A stretch of DNA of 64,000 nucleotides from Amoebophrya sp. A120 (taxonomy: Eukaryota; Protista; Dinoflagellata), in NCBI GenBank assembly GCA_905178155.1, contig CAJINV010000003.1:618720-682719 (forward strand), in the 5' to 3' direction. The translations under genes were made by a program, and so were the position numbers. This document shows, in pieces, positions 43,835 to 56,748 of this stretch (positions are counted from its first letter, which is position 1; each line of letters begins with the position of its first letter). The notes beneath the pieces are model-generated. The model did not search any database, had not been told where the DNA came from, and saw only the letters and a program-made list of their open reading frames with translations.

Positions 43835-46800
43835 ATGTTCGGGTCTTTCTTTGGTGGTGGAGAAACAACGGCGCCTCCTACCGCGCCGCCAGACCTCGAG
43901 GCCGGACCCGAAACTACTCAAGCTGATAAAACCGCCGCCTCCACCGGCGTCGAAGTCGATCTCGATACAGCAGGAGCAGCGGGCCAAGATCTACCGCAAG
44001 GCGGAGGTACAACTTCTACCTTCGAGGCAGCCACTGTGGCGGATCTCTTGGCCGGAAAGACAGTGACGCGGCTGGCTAAGGTAGTCTCGGATGCGGACCC
44101 AGTTGCGGAGCAGCCCCAGGCACAGCTGTTGAACGATGTTTTCAATACCGCGAAAGGCAACAAGCAGACCGGGGCTGCACCTCCACCTGTCAGCGCCGCG
44201 GCTGCTCAACGTCTTGGGGTGTCAACATCTGCCGCAACAAGTGGAACAAGCGCGGCAACCGCAATACCGCACCATGCCAAAGCGCCGCGGGATAAGTCGG
44301 CTACGATGCAGAAGCTGCTGCAAGCCCGCGTGCCGGCGTTCACTGAGATGAAGCGGTCGCCCGACCTGCTGGACTACAGCATGGTTTTGATCGTCCCGAA
44401 CCCGGATCACCCCGAAGGTCCCGCGAACTATCCCGTGGACTACGACGACGCAAAGGACATCTACGAAAACATCTTTCCCATCCAAAATCGGGCCCTGGAG
44501 GCGGCGTTTATGCAAGCCTGGTCGGAGCTGAGTTCCTTCGATTTGACGGCGCTGAGCACCTTCGAAAAGCTCAAGTACGGGTATTTGAACTATTCCCCCG
44601 AGGTAGTGGTAGCCGCGCCGGAAGATGTTGGAGGCGAGGTGGACGCGGGAGGTGGCTTGTTCGCAGGAGGAGGTACCGCTGCCGGTCGTGCTGGAGGTCC
44701 TTCAGAAAATACTACGACTAGCGCTGGAATCGGGAACATTGGCTCCCGTGTGGCAAAAACGGAGGGCCGCGGTGGTTCTACTGCGGATCTTCATGGAGCT
44801 GCGGCACCACCTTCAGGCTCAGGAGCAAAGCAGAAAAGCAAGAGCGAGGGAGAGGACACTGCCCGAGACGAGATTCTCGACGAAGAGCACGGACTACTTG
44901 GCGACGATCTCTCCCATGGAGCACAAATAGAACTTGAAGGGCACCATCTCATGCTGCCCATCATCCGAACAGATGACGAACAGGAAGTTGAGGTACTTCG
45001 GGGCCGAAATAGGAAATCAAGGTCTCATCGCTATTCTTTGGACAAGACCAAGAGCAATTGTCTTTTTTTCGCCTTTTAGAGTTTCTACTGCTCGCTCAGC
45101 ACTGGTGATCCCACTCCGGATAGAATTTTCGTTTATTCAACACATCATCAGAGACTCCCTGACCCCATGATATCACCGTCAGCGGCTTCGGAGGAGGGTA
45201 TTGGTTTCGTGTCCGAGGCTGTGGATTCGCCCCAGAACCTGCAGCAAGTATTACCCCACGCCCAGTTTCCGCAGCGTGGCGCACCCGTTCCGGCCCCGCC
45301 CGCTGGTACGACACCGCCGGTACGACGCCCGGGGGCGTTTTTCCGTCCATCCGGAGCTGACTGCGAAGACGATGTTGAGCATTTGCAGCACGCACGGTGG
45401 TCGGGCAGTAGCGATGCAAGCGTAATCGTGACCCTTGCGAACCCCGATGGCGATGCCAATGGCCCCGGTGCGTTACGTAGCGGTGGCGAGAGTGAGAATA
45501 ATACCGGAGCAGACGAAGTACAAAATGTAAAAAGCCGTGGTCTTATTGATAGTGACAGCACGGATGCCTCAATGAGCAGGCCGGCGAGCAGCCGGGACCA
45601 CGGTGGTGGCAGCAGTAGGGGCCGGTTTCTCAAGCTTGCGCTTCCTAGTTCGATCGACTTCACGAAGCTTTCCTCGCTCGGAAAGCGGAAGAAGCAAACG
45701 CAGCAGACGGAGCCGCCCAAGAATTTTTCCCGGGGCGGAACACTCGTGCAAATGGACGACGGCAGCTACCGCCACGCGAGCACTACCATCCGACATGACT
45801 CGCTGCGCGACGAGCAAAACACCGCAGAGGACGAACCCCTGGACTGGAACTGCCGCGACCTGCTCACGCTCGTGCGGAACACCATCGTGTACATTCTGGT
45901 GTACGAGTGCGACCTGACCGTGGACTTGATGTTTGCGCCGTCCTACCGCAACATCTACCTGCTCATCGTCGCCGACAAGCACGACATCGAGCGCGCGGCC
46001 GCGAACTCGCGGTTTCTGACCAAAGTGCGCTGGGACCGCGTGGACACGGAGGGCTTCGAACCCCACGACGACCGCAACAACCTGTTGGTGGATAACTACC
46101 TGGGTGACCGCTTCGTGTACGAAAGGTACAAGAAAATGGTGGAGGTGTTCGAGAGACACAAGGCCACCATGCCGCGGGAGGTCCGGCGGTACCACTACAA
46201 CAAACTGGTGGAGCTGTACTCGTTCGAAACGGTCCGCCGACAGGAAGACGAGCTGGCTGCGGACGGTGGCACGCCCACCAGCAAGTTTTCCGCGGCGAGC
46301 GCCGTGAAGATGTTGAACAATCACGGAGCGGCAGCTCCCGGCGGAAACAAAGTAGTACAGCTCCAACGCGGTTCTAGTAAGCGGCAGCTGAAGAGTCCAA
46401 AACAAGCGGCGAAGGAAGAAAAACTGACCCCAAAAGAGGAGAAAAAGGCGCAAGTGCAGCGGGCGCTGTACATCCGGTACCTGGAAAAGCGCACGCAGGG
46501 ACTGACCTCGTTTCGCGCCATGTTCGAGGTGAATCGGGAGTATAAGCTGCGCAAGAAGCCCCTGAAAAAGCTCCAGAGCATCTGGGACCGGATGGGGTGC
46601 GAGTGCGGCCCCCTCTGGGTGGTCTACCCCTACTCGGTCGGAAAATCACACGTGCCCTGGGCCAAGCACCAGGTCCGCAACTTATTGGGAAAAAAGGTAG
46701 CCGTGAACTTCAGTCCGGCCGACCGGTTGGAACTGATCAACAACACGATCGAGGCGCACTTGGACTTGGCGGACTTGCTGCTGTACCGGGGCGGGGTGTT

Positions 46801-49800
46801 TCTGCGGGATTATTTCCCCCTGGAGGATTTGCGTTTGAAAGCCCTAGCCACCGTGCCTATGGAGGAATATCTCCTCCGCGGCGACGATATCACGCTGAAA
46901 CGCGGGATGTTTCCCGTGGGTTCGAGGTACTTTGTTACGAAACCGGACGAGGAGTATTTGCGCGCCAGACACGCGGTTTTGAAGTACCGGGACGAGGAAA
47001 AGCAGAAGCGCACGTCCGCCAGGAAGACGCTCCGGAAGTTCTGCTGCTTTTGTTGCCCGACACTGCGTATGACTTGCAAAACAAGTATCGTAGTACTCGT
47101 ACGAGATTCTTGCAGTCTGGCATGAGAGATCCGGTTTTTTTTATCTGAATCTGCATAACAAGTTTTCTGAGAAGTCATGCGATTTGTACTAGTGCGATTA
47201 GGATACTTTGCAATGCATAGTGCGAAAAGCCATGCACATGACGGACGACAATCCGTACCGTGTGCTTAACAGCGACGGCTGCATCTGCGACGTGGCGGGC
47301 AAACTGGAGATTTTCGGCGACATTGACGATCAAAAGGAGCACATCCTGGCGGAAGCGGAGGAGCTGCGAAAGATCCAGGAAGAAATGGACAGGGAGAACA
47401 GTGATCCCTTTGGGATTTCTGATGACTCGTTGTCCCCGAACAAGAGAAATTCATCCAACAAGCGCATCACCACCAGTTTCCAGAAGAAGCGGGGGAGTAA
47501 AAGTGACCGGATCGCGAAAAGGTACGACTACGAGAAGATGTTTCAGAAGTTGTCCGTCGAGGGCATGCCTAGGCCCAAGCTGCCGAACACGCTGGAGAAG
47601 TACCTGGCGCTGCGGTCGGAGCACGCGTACTTTGGGCAAAAGCTCGGCATCTACTGCGTGTTTGTGCGGCACTTCGCGAGCGCGCTGCGGACGCCCGCGG
47701 AGTTCGGGCTACTCGTCACGCTGTTTCAGGCGATCATTTCCTACCTGGACCTGGACACGACGGACCCGACACAGAGCGGTCTGAAGTGGACCGCCAGCCA
47801 CGGCGTCCCGCTTTTGAACGCTGCGTTTTTGGCGTGGTGGGGCCCGTCCTACATTGCCAGCTGGGAGCGCGTGCAGAAAAGGAAAATGCTGCAGCTTTTT
47901 GGGGTGGTTCCGGGGAAGAACTACAAGCACGCCAGCAAACACCAACCACGGAAACGCTTCCACGGGCTGAAGCAGAAATCCGCAATCACCGGCGAGTACG
48001 AGGTGGTCTTTCCGGTTCGCGAGGCGCGCGCGCGCGCGATGTATTCGAACCTGTGCTCCATGCTGTTCTGCACGCTGGTGTTGTGCATCGTGGTCGGCGT
48101 TTCTGGTATTCAGTTTGTCATCTACGAGCACACCATGATCTCGTTCAGTGACAGTCTCTCGTACAACTACTCGCTGGAGCTGATCGGCGTGATGAATGCG
48201 GTCGTGGTCTTGATCTTCAACGCCATCTATTCTTACGTCGGGCTGTGGCTCACGCACTACGAGAACCACGCGACCTACGAAGGTTTTTTGGAGTCCTTTG
48301 CCATCAAAAGCTGTGTGTTTCAGTTTTTAAACAGTTACTCCGCGCTGTTTTACCAGGCGTTCGCGCAGAAATTTTTGCTGCGGCGGATTGCGAAGGGCCT
48401 CGGGAACGACAAGAGCGATGAATGGTACGACATGCAGTACGACGCCATCTGCCCGAAGGAGTCGATTCTCTTCGGGAGCACCTGCGAGATGGGGACGACA
48501 AACCGCACCCTGGTATCATTAGTTCTGGTTTTCATGGCGCGCAACGTCACGGAGCTGGGGCTGCCGATTTTGGCGCATTGGTGGGCGGAGTGGAAGCGGA
48601 AGACCAACCTGCGCGCGATGGACGCGCAGCGCTGGGCGTTTACAAAACAGGGCGAAAAAAGCATGCTCGGCCGGGCCTTGCTCCGAATATCCACCACCGT
48701 AGCTTTGCCAGGCCAAGGCGGAGGCATCACCACCGCGGGAGCAGGCGATACAGCTGCCACCTCAAGCGTAAAGATGGAGCGCCCCGCGGCCGATGGTAAA
48801 AGAAATGTCGACGACGCTACAACTGGAGTGGTCCAGGCGAGCAAAACCCCGGTAGCTGGACCTCCTGCGGCTACAGTTCAGATAGACGCTTCTGGTAAAA
48901 TTGCGCAACAAGAGCACCGCCAATCTAGTACCCTGGAGAGGAGCAGCACGATGACGTCGAAGCCGCCCTCCTCCTCCGCAGGGCCTGTCTTCGCTAATGC
49001 GGTTTTCAAGGCGGGACTCGAACAAGATCGATCCTCGAGCACGTTGAACACCGTAGTACAGGCGGAAAATGAAATCCAGTTAGACGACATTACGTTCAAC
49101 ACTGCACCTACGAGCAGGGAAGATGCATACGCAGCCAATGCGAATGCCCGCACTACACTCCAGCTCGCTTCCTCGCACAAGCTCCCGAAGCCCAACGAGC
49201 GCGGAGGGGGAGGCAGCCACCCGTCGAAGCCGCGGGCTAGAGGTGCACCTGTTCTTGCCGTGTTCGATGCTCCTGGTGACATTACTTCCCAGCAGATCGA
49301 GGGGTCGCATAATGCTGCGGACGAGCAGGATAACGACCGTAGCGGTCCAGTTGGAGGCGGGACAACAGCGAAGAAGATGTCCCTTGAGGAGGCATTTGGA
49401 AACGCAACGTCAACAGTACTAGCTGCCGATCCGAATAAACGCGACGACGCCCCCCGGCTGACTCCGCTGGAAGAGCTTGTGCAAAAGTACGACCGCGAGA
49501 ATGCCGCCCTACAGGCTATCTACGTGGGGGAGGAACCGGAATTGCCGGACTACTTTTACGACGACACTGCGGAGTACGACGCGAAAGCCGTCCGGGCAGC
49601 GCGCCACGCGGGCTCGTTCACCGAGAAGAGCGGCGGCGCCGACTTGCCCATCGACCGCAGCTCCTCGAATGCCTCGTCGAAAGAGTCCGTGCGGCCACCG
49701 AAGAAGCGCGACTTCGAGGAAGACGAAGACGGCCCCAGCGGTTTACGCCGAGAAACGTCCGGCATCGTCGTGCCTGCTCCACCGACGAATATGGTTGGTC

Positions 49801-50768
49801 TTGCGGTAGTTCCGGTTGCGCCTTCTCCGAAAGTAGAAACGAGTGCAGTGGACGATGAGCGGTATCCTGCTGCTGGTACACGTCCTCCAGCGAAGGTAAA
49901 AATCGCGGACGGAAGAGGTGGCGAACGAGATGAAGTAGATGAGCCAAAAAGTCGTGACGGCCCTACGGCGGAAGTGGCCGAGGACCACAGCCGGTTACAC
50001 GATTCGAAAGCTTCGCACGACTCCGGGTCATCCACAATTTCGCGCCCCCTGCCGCTGCCCGTGACCCAAACCGGACTGCTTACCGATGCGAAGCTGCTGG
50101 AGAACAGCTTGGGCGCGCAGGTGCAGGAGCAGCGGTACCGCTCAGCTTACGGCACACCGACCTTCGCGTTCGACGGCACGATTGATGACTATAGTGAGCT
50201 GTGTGTGATGTTTGGCTTTCTGATGTTGTTTTCCATCGCGCTGCCCATGGTCTCGATGCTCATTTACCTGGCCTGCGTCATGGAAGTCGCCGTGGACAGC
50301 TTCAAATTCACGCGCGTGATTCGCCGGCCGTTTCCCGCGCAAGCCGTCCAGGGAGTCGGGGTCTGGATCTCCATTCTGCGGGCGGTGGTCTGGGCCAGCG
50401 TCCCCACGAACGCGTGCCTGTTGGTCGTCACGGCCCAAATTCACACCAAGGACGAAACGCTGCAGGACATCGTGGGCAACAAGGACACGGCCGCCATCTT
50501 CGGCATCGCGTTCTTCCTGGCGCTGATAAAATTTGTCGCCATGCACAGCTCCCCAGAGGACCGGAATTTCCAGCAGGTTACGCAGCGCATTGACCACTGC
50601 ATGAACAAGCTGATGATGCCCTTGCCGGGGAAGAGTAAACTGGACATGGAACTGCTGCACGAAGACGCCGGCGGCGAGCAGACCGACTTCCGCATTCGTC
50701 AACCGTACGAGTTCACGAAAACGCCGGTGTTTCGAAGAGCGCAGTCCATGTCGCAAACGAATCTGTGA
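43835..50768 (+). CDS. Anoctamin/TMEM16 family (Ca2+-activated chloride channel or scramblase); probable GT-AG intron 44993-~45244 and introner 47068
   Basis: YFGQKLGIY, ENHATY..F..S...K...FQFLNSYSALFYQAF, DDYSELCVMFGFLMLFS, EVAVDSFKF....RRP anoctamin motifs. Confidence 0.9.
47068..47219. mobile_element. Introner, A-related (152 bp), TSD CTGCG/GTGCG
   Basis: tatgacttgcaaaa / tttgcaatgcata; removal gives CPTL-RKAMHM. Confidence 0.85.
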
Positions 50769-51467
50769 GGACGGAAAACTACAGGCCGTGTCCCGGTAAT
50801 TGTACTTGTTTGCAGCCAGTAGAGCGAGGCTGCAGCATAGTACAATATGACGGGCACATTTTCGCCAAACGTGAAGCTGTGTCTTATTCGACGCAGATGA
50901 CCTTCATGTGCCACTTCAAAGTCGTGCAAGTACGGCAAACCCATTTTCCGCATCGTTGGCCTGTTCCGTGAGGAGCCTGGTGTTGCATGCTGGAGGTGCA
51001 GCGCATCAGTCTAGTACCTCTGCTTGCTGTAAAAAAGCAAACATCTTCACAGCGCAGCCACTGGTTCTTGCCTACTTGTTGACTCAGTGCTAAAAGTAAA
51101 ACAGATGTTGAGAGACGCAAAGTAAGCAGTACTAGCAAGGAAATGGAATTTTTTGAGTGCACACTTCAAAATCAAAATGTTGATGTTTTTGTCACGCCCA
51201 GAGTTGTTCAAAATAAATCAAGCCTTCTTGACGATTGAATTTCTACGTACTTGTGGTTGGACTCTTACTTGCAGCTTTATTGTCGTGCAGGCCGTTGAGA
51301 GTAATGCTAATGTATGGCCAAGCAGCAACCGCCCATCTAGCAATCATTATTCCACCATCAGTCAACATCTACGTTTTAGTTGTATAACTTTGAAGAGATT
51401 TTTCAATTGAAACCGCGGTTGTGCTCGTGCTTCCGAGGAGTTCCCACCAAGAACCGCGATCAAGAAG

Positions 51468-54143
51468 ATGTTGTGCGGGTTGCTTGGTACCCTTCCGCAC
51501 TGGCTAGTACATGGTGGGTCCCTTTTTCTCGCAGCGTTTCTTCCTTTGGACAGCTTTTCGCTTGTTCCCAATGATCCTTTATCGGCGGACCACGTCGCGG
51601 ATGCGGATTGGCAGTCGAGCATGTGGTTCCGGTTGTTTCTGTTGTGCATCATTGACGCGTTGGGGATGAACCGGCTTTGGGGAGAGCGCGTGCACCGCCG
51701 ATGCCTCCACCACGTAGAGAAAAACGTGCTGAACCCTTCCCGGCAGCCCTTTCTCCGGAAGCTGCGCCAGTTCCAGCCGGTACAAATAAATTGATTGCAA
51801 GGAGGATGTCATGATGATGTGAAAAATGTCGTGTTGCTTCGACAGATGAGTCGCGATCTTGCCCATCTGCACGACAAAGCGTAAAAGAACTGAAACGTAA
51901 AAATATCAGGTCCAGAAGTACCTAGCCGCTCTGCAAAAACTGGACTTGAGCTACGGCGACCGCGCGGCAGGGGGCGGGAACCGCTGGAGCATCATATCGC
52001 GCTTGTCGGTAGCCCAGTACAGCCCAAGAGCGACCATCTACTACGATGCGATGAATGTCGAGACAAAGGAGCTTGTGGACGCAATCGGTACTACCTCATA
52101 ATTTAAATTTTGTTTGCTCTAGTATTTCTAGTTCGGAAGTCTTGAATCATACACTATATTGGCAGTGTTGGCGATGATCTTCTTGAACTATAGAAACGTG
52201 ACGTGGACGCCAATGCCTTGTTGTGCCCCCGGTCAATAATGAAAAAAAAATGTTCTTACTACAGGTGCCGAAGTCGCTCACGAGCTGGAGAACCACATCG
52301 GGGAGAAAATTTTTCTGTCGCCCAAGACATCTAGCTTCCGTGCCTGCATTTTGCGATACGAAGGAGAGGCGTCGGAATTTCCGTGGCACTACGACACCGA
52401 GCATCCGTCGTGCTACCGCGCTTTGTTTCTCTTTCACAAAGAGGGTGAGCAGCAATTTGTTGTGTTTTCAATCTCGCCATTGCACCAGCATCAGTAGCTC
52501 CAGTACTCATCAAAAGAAAAGCTTTTTTGAGTAGAGCACTTGAGATGTTGGCACGCGCACGACTTGCGAATGCTACCGATGAAGTCAACTTTTCAACCCG
52601 GGTTGAAACTTTCCACCCCAGGTTGAAATTTAGGCAGAGTATTCAATTTTCCAACCCCGGTTGAGAATTTTCGACTCAAGTTCTAGTCCATGAAGCAAGA
52701 ACATGACACAGAAAATTCTTACTGGATGAAACCACACGACCCCACGACATTTCAGGTAATATCTCGCCGCTGCAGTATTATGACAGCAACCAGGAGCTGC
52801 AAACGTACCATCAAGAAGTCAGTGACGGTTGGATCTTCAAGGGCACGTCCACGCTGCATCGTGTGCCCCGGAACGACGACCCGAGTAGTAAGCGCTACAT
52901 GCTGGGCTTCCAGTTCGCTCCCGAGCCTAGCCTGATTGACTCGCACATTTCGATTTGCAGCACGCTGCGGCAGGCCACCCCGGCGAAAATTTTGTGGGAG
53001 TTTGCGCCCTGTTTCTTCATCTGCTGGTTCGCCGTGCTTTTCGGACACACGAGCAGTTTGAAACAAAGCTTCCAAAGGGTGTTTCTCTTCTACCTCTCGG
53101 ATGAACAAAAAACTAGTAGTTTATCGCGGGGGTTGCAGGATGAACAAGCGTGGTGGACGGCGTCCCGGACCGTTTTGTTCTACACCAGCGTCATGGTCAC
53201 CGTGTGCAGCATGTTCCTCCCCAGCGTGCTCGCGCAGTACATCTCTGTGCGGCCCGATGAGTACGAGACCGGTAGCACAACAACTGCGGGCTCGACCTGT
53301 CCCTCCTCCGACGACGAGACGGAAGTAGAGCAGGACTTAATGCTGTTGTCGTCCCGTGAAATAAATGCTGTTGCGAACGACAAAACATCTACGAGAAACA
53401 GTAACAAAGTTGGGAAACAAGAAATTGTAGTGAATCGCACGGTATCGAACGTCGGTGAGACCTCCGCCTCCAACCTCCTCATCCCCGGTGCGAGCGCTAG
53501 CGCACGAAGCTTGATGCCCGAGAGAACCCTAGAGAGCGAGTTGCAGCACCAGCAGGAGCTGCGGTGCCGGGCGAACACAAATAACAGATCATCTTCTACT
53601 CCTGCGGGGACGACCACAACCCGGTACGGACCGACACTCCTCCAGGACTTCGGGTCGCCTGGCAGCACGAAGTGCAGTACCTTCGATTCCAGCGCGACAT
53701 GCTCAACAACAGCGAGGAGCAGGTCATCATCAAGCAAAAGCTGCAGAAAACAAGGACCACCTCCTGTTGCACCAACGGCAAGAACGACAACGACTACGAC
53801 AACGGCGACTTCTACTACAACAATAAAATCCAGCTCTTCCTGTTCCGGGCAACAGCCGCAGCCATCGTCGCAGAACCAGCAATTATCGGCGACAAAAACT
53901 ACTACCGCATCGGGACTCTTTTGGTCCTTTCTCGCGGCCACGACGGGTGTGCCGGAAAAGCGGTACTGCGGCGACCACCGGCCGTTTATCGGTACGGGGA
54001 TGAACAAGTCTGTTGGCACCCTTGCGCGCATGTACCTCGGTTGCGTGCTCTCTGCCGTTGACCTCCAAACCGGCTTCTACTTCATGGCGTACCTGCTCGG
54101 TACCGAAATGCTCCTACCAAATAGCATGGTCGGTTACGTGTAA
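51468..54143 (+). CDS. Membrane-associated 2OG-Fe(II) oxygenase-like protein; GT-AG introns 51780-51909, 52088-52264, 52445-52755
   Basis: Spliced reading ILRYEGEASEFPWHYD...IFKGTSTLHRV...KRYMLGFQF has the HxD...H...R pattern, followed by TM segments; start uncertain. Confidence 0.7.
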
Positions 54144-55145
54144 GCTAGTGAATTATACAACATAGGAATATGATCAATCACTTTCACTGTATCTTCCTGT
54201 TGCTCATCCTCCCAGCTTCCACGGGAGAAACGAAATTGAATCCGAATCGCGAATAAAAGTCGACGGCCGCGATTTTTCGCGATCGCCTTTCCGCAACTAC
54301 GCTTTGCTTTTTGGTTCTCACAAATTTTTATTCATGTCGTTGCTTTTCTACCTTTCAAAACAAAGCAAATCTGTTCCGACGTCCGAGCTACTTCACCACT
54401 CACAGATAACGAAATTCAAATTTCTCGTGCGGTACGAAGAAAAAAAAGCTTCTCCGCGAGGATGGCAAACTACGTGTAAGTACATATGTCAGAGCGTATA
54501 ATTTTCCCACTGTCGTGTTATGGAGGTTTATCTTGTTTATCGTTATCTTTTTTTCAATTTTCAGATGAAGAAATGGAAATGCGGTTGCAGGTGGGGCTCC
54601 CGACGAGGTGCATCCCTCGCAAGTGAAAGCGGCGCGTGTGCCATCGCTATTGCAACGACACGTGCTGCATGGGGTGACATCACCTGGCCATGTCCAAGAC
54701 AGAAATCGATCGATAATCGGTAATCATAATAAAGATAGATTACGCTCACGCATTTACATTTGATACGCCCCGAAGCTATTCACAGAAAATTTCTCCTCCT
54801 CCTCCAAAACGCATTTTTTTTGTATTGAAAAATATTAAAAGTTCGGGTATCGAAAAAAAAAAACTCAGGCATGACCACGAAGCGCATGCTGATCTCATGC
54901 GTGTGAGTTTATCTGCTGTCTGTGTTTAGTTGTGCCCCTAGCTATCATCTTAACTAGCTACAGTTTCTGGTAGGTGTAGGTGGACGACGCCGCTTCGAGA
55001 CTGTACATCTGCGACTGGGTCTGTTGATGCCCTCTGGCCCCATCAAGCGTCGCGACAAGCGGCTCGCTTGCCATCTCGTCTTCAAAAAGCACCGGCCTGG
55101 AAGCCAGAGTCTGGTGGTCCATTTCGTCCTCGGGGATCTCGGAGA

Positions 55146-56265
55146 TTACAGCTTGGACGGCCGTTAGATTTCTGCGCGGTGAATTTCAAGTGATTTTAGC
55201 GGTCTGCAAGAATTTGGCAAGTCAAGTGGTTCTGCGGATATTTCTTCCCGGAAATATCGACATCCACCCGACGGAAAAGCCGGAGCGACATAAGTTCCAA
55301 CAGGCTTCCGGTTGTGGCAGAATTTGTCAAGCAAAAAAGAAGCGGGATGGGGCGACGCAATGTCCAGCTGCATTGTCAACGCCCTAGGCTGATGAGTCAC
55401 GAAGTAGCTTCGCGTCGTTGCTTTTCGTTTTGTGGGTGCTGCGGATGGTTTGCCGGGCTCGGGCGTCTGGGTCTGCCAGATGCTCTCTGCTTCGGTAAAT
55501 CAAAACAATTTAATGTCTTGCGCGACCTTGTGGCGTGCTTGCATTTTGTTGCTTTCGTATTTGTGCGTGCATGCGCCAAAGGCTTCGCATTTTTTGAAGC
55601 AAATTTGGGACGATCGTTTTGGATTTGGTTTTTCGGCTCCGGTGAATTTAGAAACGAAGGCAAAATGGGTACCGGTTTGATGATGGTCTGGAATCCAGAA
55701 TCAGCTCCGGGTGAATTTAGGAAATTGCCGAAATTTACTAAATTCACCGGCCTGCCGTTTCTAAATTCACCACTAAATTCACCGATCGCAGCATACCATC
55801 GGTAAACGGGGTACTTTTAAGCCGCTTTTTGGCGCCAAACAGCACGGCACTCCGCGTCGATGATTTTTAGGAAAAAAACCATCCTCATCATACCATGGGG
55901 AATGATGTTTAAATGGAAGCTTTTCCCGATGGCAGTGCCTTTTCTTTGCGATTTTCGTTGCCCAAAATTTGAACACGGAAGTTGAAGTGTTAACAAGGAA
56001 TGGAGAAGATCATGAAGAAGCCAAAAGGTCTACTTCGCGAAAAAAGACGCGGAGCAGTGTGCTAGGTTGGGCAAGGTTGCGAGGGGGATTGCCTTCAATG
56101 TGGGGGAGCCTTGGCGACGAGCACAATGCCGCCGCTACCTCTATTTGTGCTAGCCCTTGCCTCGCGAACCATAACCCCCCGAAGCGCCAGCCCCACGATT
56201 CTACTCCCCTTCTAAAATCACTAGAAATTCACCGCCCCTATATCTAATGGGCGTCCAAGCTGCAA
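55146..56265. mobile_element. Nested MITE of the ttacagcttggac family
   Basis: ~50-bp TIR ttacagcttggacggccgttaga...gcggtgaatttcaagtgattttag / ctaaaatcactagaaattcaccgc...tctaatgggcgtccaagctgcaa; internal GGTGAATTT repeats. Confidence 0.75.
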
Positions 56266-56561
56266 GTCCTGAAATCCGAGATCCGATCTCGGATTTCAGG
56301 ACTTGCAGCTGGGCCTGGTATGGTCTTGCCCGCAGGTGCCGGAGTGCCACCAAAGCGACCGGCTTGTGCTTTACGCTCCACAGAGCGGTCTCCATGTCGC
56401 CCTGCCATCTTGTGGCGACTTTGGAAGAGAGGGAAGGGCCTGGGAATTGATTGGGAAAAATTGATGCGGTGCCGCAACGTCGCTACTTTTAGCCGTGGCC
56501 TTATCTCTGCAGGGGTGGTTGGTGAAGGCGGAGCCAGCTTTTTTTTTCATGGTAAATTCGC

Positions 56562-56748
56562 AGTTGAAAACGAGTTCACTTTTCAGCTGGAGGATAAATT
56601 TAGCACGAGCTAACGGCCTTCAAAAAATTTCTCCTCCACGCTTTCTCTAAAAGAAAATCGAGAAAAACAAGTGGAGGAGAAATTTTTTGAAGGCCGTCAG
56701 GTCGTGCTAAATTTATCCTCCAGTCCAAAAGCGAGCTCGTTTTCAACT
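56562..56748. repeat. Long foldback (about 78-bp arms, about 30-bp loop)
   Basis: agttgaaaacgag...aaaaaatttctcctccac / gtggaggagaaatttttt...ctcgttttcaact. Confidence 0.9.
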
